Positions 18,423 to 28,676 of a stretch of 37,636 nt of DNA are shown piece after piece. A program made the translations under genes and the position numbers. Numbering within the stretch: position 1 is the stretch's first letter; every line of letters begins with the position of its first letter. Source of the stretch: a virus (Duplodnaviria; Caudoviricetes); IMG/VR virus record IMGVR_UViG_3300021962_004757, positions 1 through 37,636 of that record; one strand, given 5' to 3'. Under the pieces are notes generated by a model that worked only from the letters and a program-made list of their open reading frames with translations, was not told where the DNA came from and ran no database searches.

Positions 18423-18764
18423 TTATATTCCCGCTATCCTATTTTTAAAATCATCAAAATCTGTAGAGGAAGCTACTATATTTTTTAATTCTGATGTGCT
18501 GATATAACCAACTATACCACTATCTACGGTCAACTCGCTTGTTATAGTAACGGCCTGGTCGATAGTGATAGCACTAGAGTCTGTGGTATCCATCACGCTA
18601 CCAGTAAACTGGAAAGCACCTAGGTTAAGAGTAGTGTCACTGTTTAATCCCAGTGCTGTGTATAGTTCTGTAAAGTTAGTATTGATCTTCTGGAAGGCAC
18701 CTCTTAGGCTATCTCCTTGATTATCGTTTGCTGTTGCCCCTACATTAATCGTTAGTTTTGCCAT
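18423..18764 (-). CDS. Baseplate/tail protein with T4 gp9/gp10-like N-terminus
   Basis: INVGATANDNQGDSLRGAFQKINTNFTELY. Confidence 0.78.
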   Translation of the reverse strand: MAKLTINVGATANDNQGDSLRGAFQKINTNFTELYTALGLNSDTTLNLGAFQFTGSVMDTTDSSAITIDQAVTITSELTVDSGIVGYISTSELKNIVASSTDFDDFKNRIAGI

Positions 18765-18775
18765 CTATCGCTCCC

Positions 18776-20515
18776 TTACCATGCACCCGTTGTGCCCCAG
18801 TCCTGCTTGACCCATATATCAGCAGTACCTGGTGCCGCCCAATCAGCTATACAAAAATATACACTGGTAGCATCAAATGCTATCATACCCTGTTTGTCTC
18901 CTGATGCCCCTGTCGAATCGCTAGGAACATTAGATACGTTAAATGCCGCGGTACCCGCTACATCTATGTCACCGACTATCTTACCTTCTACAGCATCTAC
19001 TAATTTGTTTGAATCATCACCAAACACTGAACCTGTTAAATCACCACCGTATGCAATCGCGGTCACTGAACCGTCAATAGTTAGATTGCCATCCTTGCCG
19101 AACGTGAAATCATATTGTCCTAATCCGCTGGCATTGGTTCTAATGATGATATCACCATCGGTGCTTGAACCACGAATATAAAAGTCTCCACCTTCATCTG
19201 AAAATAACGAATAATCTGTGTTTTTAATAAACACACCGTTTTCTGTTGTGACAGTATTTGTATCTACCTCACCGACGATCAATCCTTCTACAGCGTCTAC
19301 TAACTTAGTAGAGTTATCAGCAAACACGCTACCAGTAACATCACCTGTATGATATCCAGTGGTATTACCAGTTACATTTCCTACTAGATTACCATTCACT
19401 GTTCCTATAGTCGCTGTAACAAAATTATTGATAATACCAGTCCCAGCACCGCTTAAAATACTTGATGCTGTAACATTTAGTGTATCAACGGTTCCTTTGA
19501 TTTTAGCATCGACTCCATCTACTAATAATGTCGAATCGTCTGCAAACACACTACCTATGATATCAATATTTTGATCTACTGCTACTGTTAAAGTATCTGT
19601 GGCATCGTTGGTGTTTAAGTTTATACCATACCCAGCATTAAACGTAAATGTATCTGCTAGATCATCAGCAACGATACTTGCCTGTCCTATAGTTCCTGTA
19701 ACAGCGAATGTCCTAAATGTTACCTGTGCTGGACTTGAGTTAGTGATAGTAACGTCACCTGTAGCAGGATCATTTGATACTGTGATACCAGAACCTTGTG
19801 TGATTGAAACGACGCCAGTGTTAGTAAATGTTACTCCACCTGAAGTTGCACTAGCGGTGATACCTGTTCCTGCCGCTCTGCCTGTAGCCGAAGCTGGTAA
19901 ACTTGTTGTATTACCTACGCTGGTTACACCTGTGTTAGTTACAGTAATATTTCCTGTAGCACTGCTTACCGAAATAGCAGTTCCTGCTATTAACTGTGTT
20001 ACACCTGAGTTTTCAACGGTAATAGTTTCCGAAGCTGAATCAACGGCTAAACTAATACCAGTGCCTGATTCAAAATTTACATCGCTACCAAACTCAGTTG
20101 CGACAACAGAATTTCCACTATCTACTGTGATAGTTTTGAAAAATGTTTTATCAGGGTCAATTAATAAATTTCCATCTACTGTAGAATTCGCTGGTAAATT
20201 GATCGTAGTACCTATACCTTGTAGATGTGCAGATCCTAACCAAACACCATTGAATTCATTTCCTGGAATTGTGGAGTATTCTTCTACATAAATGTTTTTC
20301 CATTTGTAGGTAGAATCACCTATTCCGTAGGTATTAGTTGAAGTAGGTTTTAGATTAGTATCTAAAGTTTCAAAATCGATAGGAGTAAGTCCTGAACCCC
20401 CTCCTACAGTTGCAAGTAGTATATCAAAATTTTCATTTACCTTAACAAATGCGTCATGGACATCACTCCATAATAAAGGTGGTATTCCTGGAACTATGTT
20501 TGGATTAAATGCCAT
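18776..20515 (-). CDS. Tail-fibre-like virion protein
   Basis: AFVKVNENF N-terminal motif; G/T/S-rich GxGI repeats; three GSVFxDxS repeats. Confidence 0.75.
   Translation of the reverse strand: MAFNPNIVPGIPPLLWSDVHDAFVKVNENFDILLATVGGGSGLTPIDFETLDTNLKPTSTNTYGIGDSTYKWKNIYVEEYSTIPGNEFNGVWLGSAHLQGIGTTINLPANSTVDGNLLIDPDKTFFKTITVDSGNSVVATEFGSDVNFESGTGISLAVDSASETITVENSGVTQLIAGTAISVSSATGNITVTNTGVTSVGNTTSLPASATGRAAGTGITASATSGGVTFTNTGVVSITQGSGITVSNDPATGDVTITNSSPAQVTFRTFAVTGTIGQASIVADDLADTFTFNAGYGINLNTNDATDTLTVAVDQNIDIIGSVFADDSTLLVDGVDAKIKGTVDTLNVTASSILSGAGTGIINNFVTATIGTVNGNLVGNVTGNTTGYHTGDVTGSVFADNSTKLVDAVEGLIVGEVDTNTVTTENGVFIKNTDYSLFSDEGGDFYIRGSSTDGDIIIRTNASGLGQYDFTFGKDGNLTIDGSVTAIAYGGDLTGSVFGDDSNKLVDAVEGKIVGDIDVAGTAAFNVSNVPSDSTGASGDKQGMIAFDATSVYFCIADWAAPGTADIWVKQDWGTTGAW
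18971..19555 (-). repeat. Three dispersed 21-aa repeats GSVF(A/G)D(D/N)SxxLVD(G/A)V
   Basis: Copies at about 19493-19555, 19271-19333 and 18971-19033. Confidence 0.8.
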
Positions 20516-23500
20516 TATGATCTCCCTACCGCTACTTCAATTTTACCAATATGATCTGAATCGTAATTCTCTAACGCTTTACCAATCACTGTACCTGTCT
20601 GTGCTGTTCCTCGAGCACTTACCGCTACTCCCGGTATGCTTGATGTTACTATTAAATCACCTTTCTGTATTTTGCCAACTACTCTAACTGGAACACGTCC
20701 TTGTAGCGCCACTAGATTTTTCAATCCTGGACAACCTTCGTACATAGCGAACGCCGCCGTGTTCGAAACAACACCAGCTACTCTAGTATCTGCTTGTTTG
20801 TTAGTAGTCGTTACTTCTTTCTCCCCTCCGAACACTAGTACAGTTCCAACTTCATATTCTTTGTCACCTTCGTAGTATTCTGCCAAGTCAGCTGAGTATG
20901 TCGCTTGTAATCTCGATTCGCTTGGTGATGTACCAGTTAATGTCCAACGTCCTGTGATAGTTCCTGATGTAGTATTTCCACCTGTAGTTAATGCTAGAGT
21001 TTGTACAGCTGATGCTGTAATAGGAGCATCTGTAGATCCGTCTTGTGTTTTAAATTGATGTGCGTCATTCCAGTACTGTGTAACCTTATCAGAACCTAAA
21101 CTACCGCTACCTACAACAACACCACCAGCAGTTTGCCAGCCATAATATCTTACATAACCACCTGATGCTGTCGCGGCAGTATCTATAGATAGATAACTAT
21201 CAACTTTAAGTTGGTTAGCTGAAATAACATTACCACCAAAGTCACCGCTTGAATCACGGATAACTAGTTTGCTATTATCACCAGCGCCACCATAAGCACC
21301 TACTGCTTGTACCACAGCATAATCACCATCGCTAGAGAAACTAGAACCGTTGGTTCTTCTTAAGAAACCAACTGTAGAATATTGTGATTTTTTAATAGCA
21401 CCACCGTCATTAACTACAGTACTAAATGGCACAGCAGTAACATTACCAGTCGCTAAAGTTGAATTACCAAGTACAGTTTTAGTGGTTACCTGTGCAAGTT
21501 TAGTTAATACCAAACCATTATCTTTAACAGTTAACCAACCATCTGTGGCTACGAACTGTGCTGAATCGAAACTTGCTAAACCTCTATCTGCTTGAGCGAT
21601 GCCTGATGCACTAGCTCTAGTAGTCGCGGCATTCATTGATAATTTAGATTGTACAATACCTGCTGAAGCATTAACATCAGCATTTAAGATAACGCCTGGA
21701 TTGATCTGTGCGTCTAAAGTGTTTGCTGTTGAATCTATGTTAAGACTAATGTCACCAACGATTTCAACATTGATTGCTTCATTGCCAGCACCTGTAAATG
21801 CTATGATATCTGCGGCTCTTAGATTATCTATTGTAAATTCTTGGAAGTTGGCAAACGTCATACTTCTTAGATTCACACCGTCTAATGGATTGACAGGATT
21901 TGCTAAATTAGTAATCTTGTTATTATTCAGATTCATGTTGGCTTTCATACCTAGCTGTCCATCTAAGGACATAAAGCCACCTGAAATCTGAGGTATTAAT
22001 AAACTATCAGTTACTACTGAACCACCATGAGTAATACCTAGTCTACGTTCTATGTAGCCTCTAGCGGCATTTTCTGTTGGTACAGTATCTGTAGCGTTGT
22101 CAGAGAAACTTGAATCAGTTGAAAATTCACTAACCGGAACACCACGTTTAAAACCAATACCATCTAAGTTTGAAAGAGCGATACTTGATGCGAATGTAAC
22201 AGCACCAGTACCTTGGTCAACTCGGAAATATGGTCCTACACTGAAATTACCGAATTGGTCAGTAGTTACATAGAACACACGTCCTACATCTCGTTCTTCA
22301 GTTTCTGTATCTGGATTAGGTGAGTTTACTGGAGCACCATAAATTTCATTAGGGTAATTAGTATCGGCATACGATCCCGTACCAATTTCTAATAAGTCAT
22401 GCCCGGTAACACGTGTTAGTGAAATACGAATTGTTAATGTACCTTCAGCACCGTTAGTAGAAGACTGGACACCTGATTTTAATGTTACAGCTGATCCGTA
22501 TTTTTGTACACTATGTACCAACGGTCTATCTAAAGTAATTCTAGCATAAGGTTCTAACGTTACTGCTTCTGATTCATAGGCAGTGATAACATATTCTTCA
22601 CCTTTGAAACAGAACATAGTTTCAACGATACGTTGTGCATCTGATGGACCTACAGCTACCACAGCAAATGTATCATCTCCTACTCTTCCTTTTGGAATAC
22701 CAAAGTATGCTGTACCTGTTAGCGAACCAGATGTATCAACAGCCACAGAGCTAGCTAACGCTTCTGGATCTAATGCTACCCGGAATTGAGTAGCGGTAAG
22801 ACCAGTTGATAGTACATGGAAGTGTGATGTTGTACTTAAACCGGCCGGTAACGATCCTCCGAGAGAAGTTTTAAATAAAACAACATCTCCAGCACTTAGC
22901 CCGTGTCCTGCCGAAACTGTAATAACTGCTGGACTAGCAATACTAATGCTATCAATAGCGGTCATACCGGCAAGCGCAGTTACTTCATCTACATAACCAA
23001 CCTGTTCTCCAGGTTGTTTGATAGTAATATCTACATAGTTGTAGTTTTCTCTAATGTTAGTTGTTGTTAATCCGTCGATATTATAGCTATGGGTTCCAGT
23101 ACCCGCTCCGGTGATTTCTAAAGGATCACCTGCTCTGGTAGTTGAAACTTGAAAATCTACATCAGTTAATCCGTCACCAACTACATGGAAAATATCATCG
23201 GCATTTAAAGGCGGCGGTAAAGTAACTGTACTTTCAAACTGTATGGTTGTGTTCTCTAAAAGTTTATGTGTTTTTTTACCTTTAATAGTAAGACCACTAC
23301 CGTTGGATAGAGTATGTGTCGCTCCGCCCGCACTTGTCGAGACTGTAAATTGATTATAGTTAGGAACACTGATAACATAATAGGTCGTTCCTGATGTAAA
23401 TCCGTTAGCAGTTGATGTTGGAATAAACTTGTCATCTATAACTAATCTATGATTCTGAGAAGTAGTACATACGTTGGTAGCAATATCTGTAACTGTTGCT

Positions 23501-26500
23501 AAAACATTAAACACACCTGGATTCGCTACAGTTACGTTTATTTCGTAAGGTCCGTTTGGATCTGTGGATGCTGTGAACAGCAGTACTCGATAAACGTCTG
23601 TAAGTTCATTAAGAACTAAACCAGTTGATGGTCTAACAGCAACATCTTCTAATCCTCCTTTTAATCCAATTTGTGATCCGCATCGTATTGACATTACAGT
23701 GTTGTCAGTGACTTGATCAAATAATCCTTGGAAGTTACCTGTTGGATCAGATGTTAAATTGAGTCTTGCTACTCCGGCCAATCCTTCTACTGCCTCGACA
23801 GAAGTAATAGGATATCTATAAATTAAATTACCATGATCGATCTCAAGTTCGGAAGTATTAAATGGTAGATAGTTATACCCATCCACATAAATGAATAATC
23901 CACCTGAACTATTTGCATAAGCTGGACTTGGAGCATAACAAACTACTTTTTGTGATAATGGAAAGTATAATCCAGTCGGTGTTGGAATTTCTAAAGGATC
24001 TGATCCTTCTGCTACAAGAGCATATATACCGTGTGCTGAAGAACCTGAAACAGATCTTATCTGACCGCCGTTCAATGAATAGTATGAAGCATAACAGTAA
24101 TAAGTGAACACCGATACTAATTCGCTTAATCCACCGTTCGTTGCAATAATACCGTAACCCATATCGTTAACCTGTGTATAGTCATTGCTTAACATAGATC
24201 TGTTACCTGGCATTAATACTTCATAGATACGTTGGAATTTATGTGTTCCAGAACCTGCACCTGTAGTTTGTACGAGAACGCTACTACCAAATGTTGCTGT
24301 AACAGTGAAGGTATCATTAGTGATTGCACCTGCTACATAATATTCTTTTCCTGCAATAAGTCCTGTAGGTAAGGTTCCTGTGGTTGTAAATTTAACTGTA
24401 GCACCTTGTTGTAATCTATGATTTTCAAATGTAATTACAGCAGGGTTTGCTACTGAGATACTAGTGATAGTTTGAGAACCGGCTGTTCTCGTAAATGGAG
24501 TAGTTTCGTCTAAAACAAATGTTGCTGTACTTCCACTTGGACTATAATTAAAATCACGGACATAATTAATTCTATACACAGTATCATCAACTAAGAATGA
24601 TGCTGGTAATTTTGGAAGTCTTTCTAAATTACCTACAGTGAGTCTTGTTGAGGTTACAGTAGATTCGTGAGTAAATTGTAGATTGCCTGCAAATCCGTCA
24701 ATAAACATACCACCTGCAAAAGTTTGTGCATCTACTGATTTACTAAAAGAAGCACACTCTTGTGCGTAAGGTGACTTGGCAAGAATCTGTCCGGTTGGGT
24801 CGAGAATCATAGCAAACCCACCTTGGCCTTGTACGGAAATAGCTTGCCAACGAACAGCATCGTTCGCTAAGAACACATCTAATTCATCATTGGCCTTAGG
24901 CTGGTTCACGCTTCCGTATCCAGGTCCTGACTCATCCATAATATCTTTTAGTGCTGTAATAAGATCTGATATCACGCCAGCCGCACCTGATTCTGCTGTA
25001 TATGCTCTATCTATTACCTGTGGAATAACAGTTTGGCTTAATGGAGTGATAGCTGTATTAGTTAATATGCTTCCGATATATTCTTCGATCTTATCAACAG
25101 AAGCTAAGGTTTGTGATAGCTGAGCACCAATTGCTATACGGGCACTTGCGCTTTCGTAATATTTTAATGCCGCAGAAATAGTTCGATCGTAACCTCCGTA
25201 TTTTAAATCAAATACAAGAGCATCAACGATTAATCCAGCATCTCTTTTGCATAACGCATTGTCATACTCGAAACTAGATGTAAAAGGCGCGATTCCTCCA
25301 GCAATTTGTGCATTGATCCAAGCTATAAGCTCATTCTGTATAAATTGTCTGTTTAATGATATAAGTGTTGCGGCCGCATCTCTGTTTCCAGCGTTATCAA
25401 TTTTTGGATAAACAGGTTCTGTAGGATCTGTTAGATAATGATATCCATATAATTGAGAAGCAGTTGTTAATCCATCAATTGTTAAATCACGTCTAAATTT
25501 TTGAAAAGCCCAAGGTGAACTTGAATTACCTGTTTTAGGACGTACAATACATCGTCTAAATTCGTCACCAACTATTGAAGTGTTTTGTGGGACCTTGATA
25601 GGTAAGTTTTCTTCATAAATTCCAGATTCAACTAGAATGCTAATCTGTACTCGTTTGCTTACATCGCCGTATGCAATAACCTCACCAGTTTGGAAAGTAC
25701 CATACTGTATGTCTACGTCAAATAATTCATTACCTTCAGAATCTAAAGTACCATCATGAGCTAATATCTGTGCCAACGCACCTGATGTTTCACCTCTTAG
25801 ATAAAGTCCTTCTCGTATGTCTCTTCCACGTATCGCTTCTGGAGTATCAGTTAGAACATCGCCTGTAAAGTCTGTTCTAAACCCTGCAGTGACTATAAAA
25901 AATCTAGGTAAATCTACAGTGATGCTAGGTACAGATGTAAATCCACCACCTTGATCAGTTATAGTGATACCAGTAATAACCCCACCTGTTACATTAGCAG
26001 TACCAAATGCATCATCGCCTCCGCTACTAGCGATCCTTACAGATACTAAACTATATCCGCTACCTCCCGAACTAATAGAAACACTAGAGACTTTATAAGT
26101 TAAATTAAATTTTGCATTCGCACCAATAGCACCAATGCTAGGTTGTCCAGCAGTAGTAATAGTTACACCGATGTTTGATGTTCCTGGTAGTGCAGAATAT
26201 ACACCAACACTAACTATTCTGAATGTTGAAATAGCACCTGGTGTAGATAATGTTGTTAAAACTTCGATTTTAGCAGGTTCGCCACCGGCGGCAACCGTAC
26301 CACCGTTAATAGTTAAGATGTCACCTGGAAAATAATTAGAACCTATAGCACTTAGGGTTAGAGTATCTAAACTCATAAAAACAGAACCAGCGAATCCTGA
26401 TCCTGATGATGGTGAAGTTCCTATAGATGATAAGGTACATTGAGTTGCACCATTGTTATAGGTTAGTATTTTTTTGTAAGGACCTAATTCGTTTCTTGCT

Positions 26501-27276
26501 TCTAATAAAATTTCTTCAGCACGACGACAAGCGGCTTCTATTGATCTATAAGCATAAGCCAATGCACGACCTTGTAATTCGGAACTAATTTCCGGTCTTT
26601 CGTCTGCACCTGAAGTAGCTACGTATAAGTTGACACTACTTCCAAATGCTGAATTATCTACATATCTTTTTGTAGCGGCTACTAACCCATCATATAATTC
26701 ATCATCATCAGGTTCTGGATCTCTGGCAAGAACTAGCGGACCAGTCATTCTTCCGAAAGCAGAATTTACTATACCCGAAGCCGGATCAACTGCTTCAACA
26801 CCTGCTATAGAAACTTTACTATCTGCGTAGGCTTTTCTTACAGCCTCGCCAGGTGTTATTGGATCAGCTAAATCGTTAATACGATATTGATTACCACCTG
26901 ACCGAGCAGAAAGATTACCACCTAGCTGTGGAGTTGGATCTGCCGAAATCTCACTAAAATCTGAGTTAATAGCGATTTCATCATCATTAGATGTAAAGTC
27001 TAGTGAAATACCATTTCCAGGAACTAGTCTTTTAAATTGTACTCCTGACTCAGTGTTGTTTATTGTAACAATAGGAGTATTACCAGTTACAGCATCATTT
27101 TGACCTGTGTACGATCCTGGAGTATCATCGAGTCCGACGAAAGTGAGTCTTTCACCTAACCCTAATGAACTATATAATTCTCTGAAGTTATCGTTGACTT
27201 TACGAAACGAGTCTCGTATACTATCACCGGTTCCGTCATTACCAATGGTTCCGATATCAATGATTTTGCGTGCCAT
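20515..27276 (-). CDS. Giant tail fibre/spike-like virion protein (2253 aa)
   Basis: gp9/gp10-like N-terminus (IDIGTIGNDGTGDSIRDSFRKVNDNF), ATKRYVD fibre motif, repeated beta domains, C-terminal ADLAEYY...VALQGRVP intramolecular-chaperone-like domain. Confidence 0.82.
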   Translation of the reverse strand: MARKIIDIGTIGNDGTGDSIRDSFRKVNDNFRELYSSLGLGERLTFVGLDDTPGSYTGQNDAVTGNTPIVTINNTESGVQFKRLVPGNGISLDFTSNDDEIAINSDFSEISADPTPQLGGNLSARSGGNQYRINDLADPITPGEAVRKAYADSKVSIAGVEAVDPASGIVNSAFGRMTGPLVLARDPEPDDDELYDGLVAATKRYVDNSAFGSSVNLYVATSGADERPEISSELQGRALAYAYRSIEAACRRAEEILLEARNELGPYKKILTYNNGATQCTLSSIGTSPSSGSGFAGSVFMSLDTLTLSAIGSNYFPGDILTINGGTVAAGGEPAKIEVLTTLSTPGAISTFRIVSVGVYSALPGTSNIGVTITTAGQPSIGAIGANAKFNLTYKVSSVSISSGGSGYSLVSVRIASSGGDDAFGTANVTGGVITGITITDQGGGFTSVPSITVDLPRFFIVTAGFRTDFTGDVLTDTPEAIRGRDIREGLYLRGETSGALAQILAHDGTLDSEGNELFDVDIQYGTFQTGEVIAYGDVSKRVQISILVESGIYEENLPIKVPQNTSIVGDEFRRCIVRPKTGNSSSPWAFQKFRRDLTIDGLTTASQLYGYHYLTDPTEPVYPKIDNAGNRDAAATLISLNRQFIQNELIAWINAQIAGGIAPFTSSFEYDNALCKRDAGLIVDALVFDLKYGGYDRTISAALKYYESASARIAIGAQLSQTLASVDKIEEYIGSILTNTAITPLSQTVIPQVIDRAYTAESGAAGVISDLITALKDIMDESGPGYGSVNQPKANDELDVFLANDAVRWQAISVQGQGGFAMILDPTGQILAKSPYAQECASFSKSVDAQTFAGGMFIDGFAGNLQFTHESTVTSTRLTVGNLERLPKLPASFLVDDTVYRINYVRDFNYSPSGSTATFVLDETTPFTRTAGSQTITSISVANPAVITFENHRLQQGATVKFTTTGTLPTGLIAGKEYYVAGAITNDTFTVTATFGSSVLVQTTGAGSGTHKFQRIYEVLMPGNRSMLSNDYTQVNDMGYGIIATNGGLSELVSVFTYYCYASYYSLNGGQIRSVSGSSAHGIYALVAEGSDPLEIPTPTGLYFPLSQKVVCYAPSPAYANSSGGLFIYVDGYNYLPFNTSELEIDHGNLIYRYPITSVEAVEGLAGVARLNLTSDPTGNFQGLFDQVTDNTVMSIRCGSQIGLKGGLEDVAVRPSTGLVLNELTDVYRVLLFTASTDPNGPYEINVTVANPGVFNVLATVTDIATNVCTTSQNHRLVIDDKFIPTSTANGFTSGTTYYVISVPNYNQFTVSTSAGGATHTLSNGSGLTIKGKKTHKLLENTTIQFESTVTLPPPLNADDIFHVVGDGLTDVDFQVSTTRAGDPLEITGAGTGTHSYNIDGLTTTNIRENYNYVDITIKQPGEQVGYVDEVTALAGMTAIDSISIASPAVITVSAGHGLSAGDVVLFKTSLGGSLPAGLSTTSHFHVLSTGLTATQFRVALDPEALASSVAVDTSGSLTGTAYFGIPKGRVGDDTFAVVAVGPSDAQRIVETMFCFKGEEYVITAYESEAVTLEPYARITLDRPLVHSVQKYGSAVTLKSGVQSSTNGAEGTLTIRISLTRVTGHDLLEIGTGSYADTNYPNEIYGAPVNSPNPDTETEERDVGRVFYVTTDQFGNFSVGPYFRVDQGTGAVTFASSIALSNLDGIGFKRGVPVSEFSTDSSFSDNATDTVPTENAARGYIERRLGITHGGSVVTDSLLIPQISGGFMSLDGQLGMKANMNLNNNKITNLANPVNPLDGVNLRSMTFANFQEFTIDNLRAADIIAFTGAGNEAINVEIVGDISLNIDSTANTLDAQINPGVILNADVNASAGIVQSKLSMNAATTRASASGIAQADRGLASFDSAQFVATDGWLTVKDNGLVLTKLAQVTTKTVLGNSTLATGNVTAVPFSTVVNDGGAIKKSQYSTVGFLRRTNGSSFSSDGDYAVVQAVGAYGGAGDNSKLVIRDSSGDFGGNVISANQLKVDSYLSIDTAATASGGYVRYYGWQTAGGVVVGSGSLGSDKVTQYWNDAHQFKTQDGSTDAPITASAVQTLALTTGGNTTSGTITGRWTLTGTSPSESRLQATYSADLAEYYEGDKEYEVGTVLVFGGEKEVTTTNKQADTRVAGVVSNTAAFAMYEGCPGLKNLVALQGRVPVRVVGKIQKGDLIVTSSIPGVAVSARGTAQTGTVIGKALENYDSDHIGKIEVAVGRS

Positions 27277-27307
27277 ATTTTATCCTAAAACGAATAGTTT
27301 CTCTATA

Positions 27308-27343
27308 TATTTACCATAATATTTTATAAGCCGAATGTAAATA
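27308..27343. promoter_or_regulatory. Divergent pair of TAAATA late-type promoters
   Basis: TAAATA on minus (27313-27308) before the structural operon and on plus (27338-27343) 4 nt before ATG 27348. Confidence 0.65.
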
Positions 27344-27347
27344 CTTT

Positions 27348-27635
27348 ATGTTCATAAAGAAATTTAAACAGCGTACAACCTATACTAGACGAAGTAAAAC
27401 AGGGGTTTTACACGAATATCATAGAGATAAAACCATTGCTACAATTAGATGTGACAGTTGTGATAAAGAATTTAATAGAGATCTAAAACAAATGGACAGC
27501 AAACGCTTAAATGATCATTATTTCCATGTCTGTAGTAACTGTGATGCTAAAAGATTCGCACAACGAAAGGGCGTAGAACGTAAGAAAATATGGGATATGT
27601 CGGCTAGCAGTACGCTACCTGTTAATAAATTCTAG
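27348..27635 (+). CDS. Basic zinc-finger protein
   Basis: CDSC...CSNC, K/R-rich. Confidence 0.7.
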   Translation: MFIKKFKQRTTYTRRSKTGVLHEYHRDKTIATIRCDSCDKEFNRDLKQMDSKRLNDHYFHVCSNCDAKRFAQRKGVERKKIWDMSASSTLPVNKF

Positions 27636-27955
27636 ACTGTAAATGATTCTCCACAGCCACAACGATCTTTTTCTGCAGAGTTAATAAACTCAAAACCTTC
27701 ATTAAGTCCTCGTTTTTGATAATCTATGGTTAATTCTTCAAAATATACTATACTTTTGTTGTCAATGATTACTTTAGCTCCTTTATCTTCGAACACGACA
27801 TCATGCTCTTCTAACTTATCAACAAATTCCATAACATAAGCAAGCCCTGAGCAACCTGTGGTTTTTACTCCTACACGAATCCCTAACCCCTGACCCCTAC
27901 GCTCTAGCTGGGATTTGATTTTTTCAGAGGCGATGTCAGTCAAAGTTAATTTCAT
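27632..27955 (-). CDS. iscA: A-type Fe-S carrier IscA
   Basis: GCSGLAY and CGCGESF motifs. Confidence 0.95.
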   Translation of the reverse strand: MKLTLTDIASEKIKSQLERRGQGLGIRVGVKTTGCSGLAYVMEFVDKLEEHDVVFEDKGAKVIIDNKSIVYFEELTIDYQKRGLNEGFEFINSAEKDRCGCGESFTV

Positions 27956-28091
27956 TGTCTAACCGTTCCATAATCTTTTTACGTTCTTCTTCTGAATATT
28001 CGAACCAATTTTGTATTTCTTCTAAGGTACGATGGCATCCGATACACTTACCATCCACATAGGTACAAATTGACATGCAAGGATTTATCAT
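27936..28091 (-). CDS. DUF1289/YdhL-like small Cys-rich putative Fe-S protein (51 aa)
   Basis: Manual translation MINPCMSICTYVDGKCIGCHRTLEEIQNW...; not in the ORF track. Confidence 0.82.
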   Translation of the reverse strand: MINPCMSICTYVDGKCIGCHRTLEEIQNWFEYSEEERKKIMERLDNEINFD

Positions 28092-28675
28092 TTTCTTCCT
28101 AAATTAAAACTAATTGTTATTCTTTCTTGTTCTGCGATTTGTTGATTTACTTTATGGTTTAAATAACCTGGAAAAATATAAGCCACTCCTGAACTAACAG
28201 GCATCGTAGCATTGTATTTAAGTGATTCGTTATTTAAAGTTACCCCCCATGGCCAATTAGATTCTAAATTTGTATTAACAAATGTTAATCCAGAATCGTT
28301 TTCGTTGGCTTGAACATAGTAAACTCCACTCCATACTGCCGGAAGATGATTATGAGATTCATGATAACTGTGTTTTCTGTTAATAGAAAACCAACTATCT
28401 TGTAAAATAAACTCACCAACAACTCCAATTTCATTGCTGAAGAAATTTACAGTTTCAATTATCCAATTTTTTAAAGATGCAGATTCTTTTAGATCTAGTA
28501 TTTTTATTCCTTTTCCAAAATTAGTATATCCATTGTTACTATATTGAGCTGGTGATTGATCTTCTTTTTCTAAATCTAATAAAACAGGAATTAACGATTT
28601 CGCAAGAGATTCTTGCGGATCGTAATAGTTTCTACAAATACTAGATGGAAATAAATTGTGTGTTTGAATATTCAT
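28088..28675 (-). CDS. Putative 2OG-Fe(II) oxygenase (TIGR02466-like)
   Basis: W..N...HNH..WSGVYYV, IFPGYLNHKV and RITISFN. Confidence 0.82.
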   Translation of the reverse strand: MNIQTHNLFPSSICRNYYDPQESLAKSLIPVLLDLEKEDQSPAQYSNNGYTNFGKGIKILDLKESASLKNWIIETVNFFSNEIGVVGEFILQDSWFSINRKHSYHESHNHLPAVWSGVYYVQANENDSGLTFVNTNLESNWPWGVTLNNESLKYNATMPVSSGVAYIFPGYLNHKVNQQIAEQERITISFNLGRK

Positions 28676-28676
28676 A

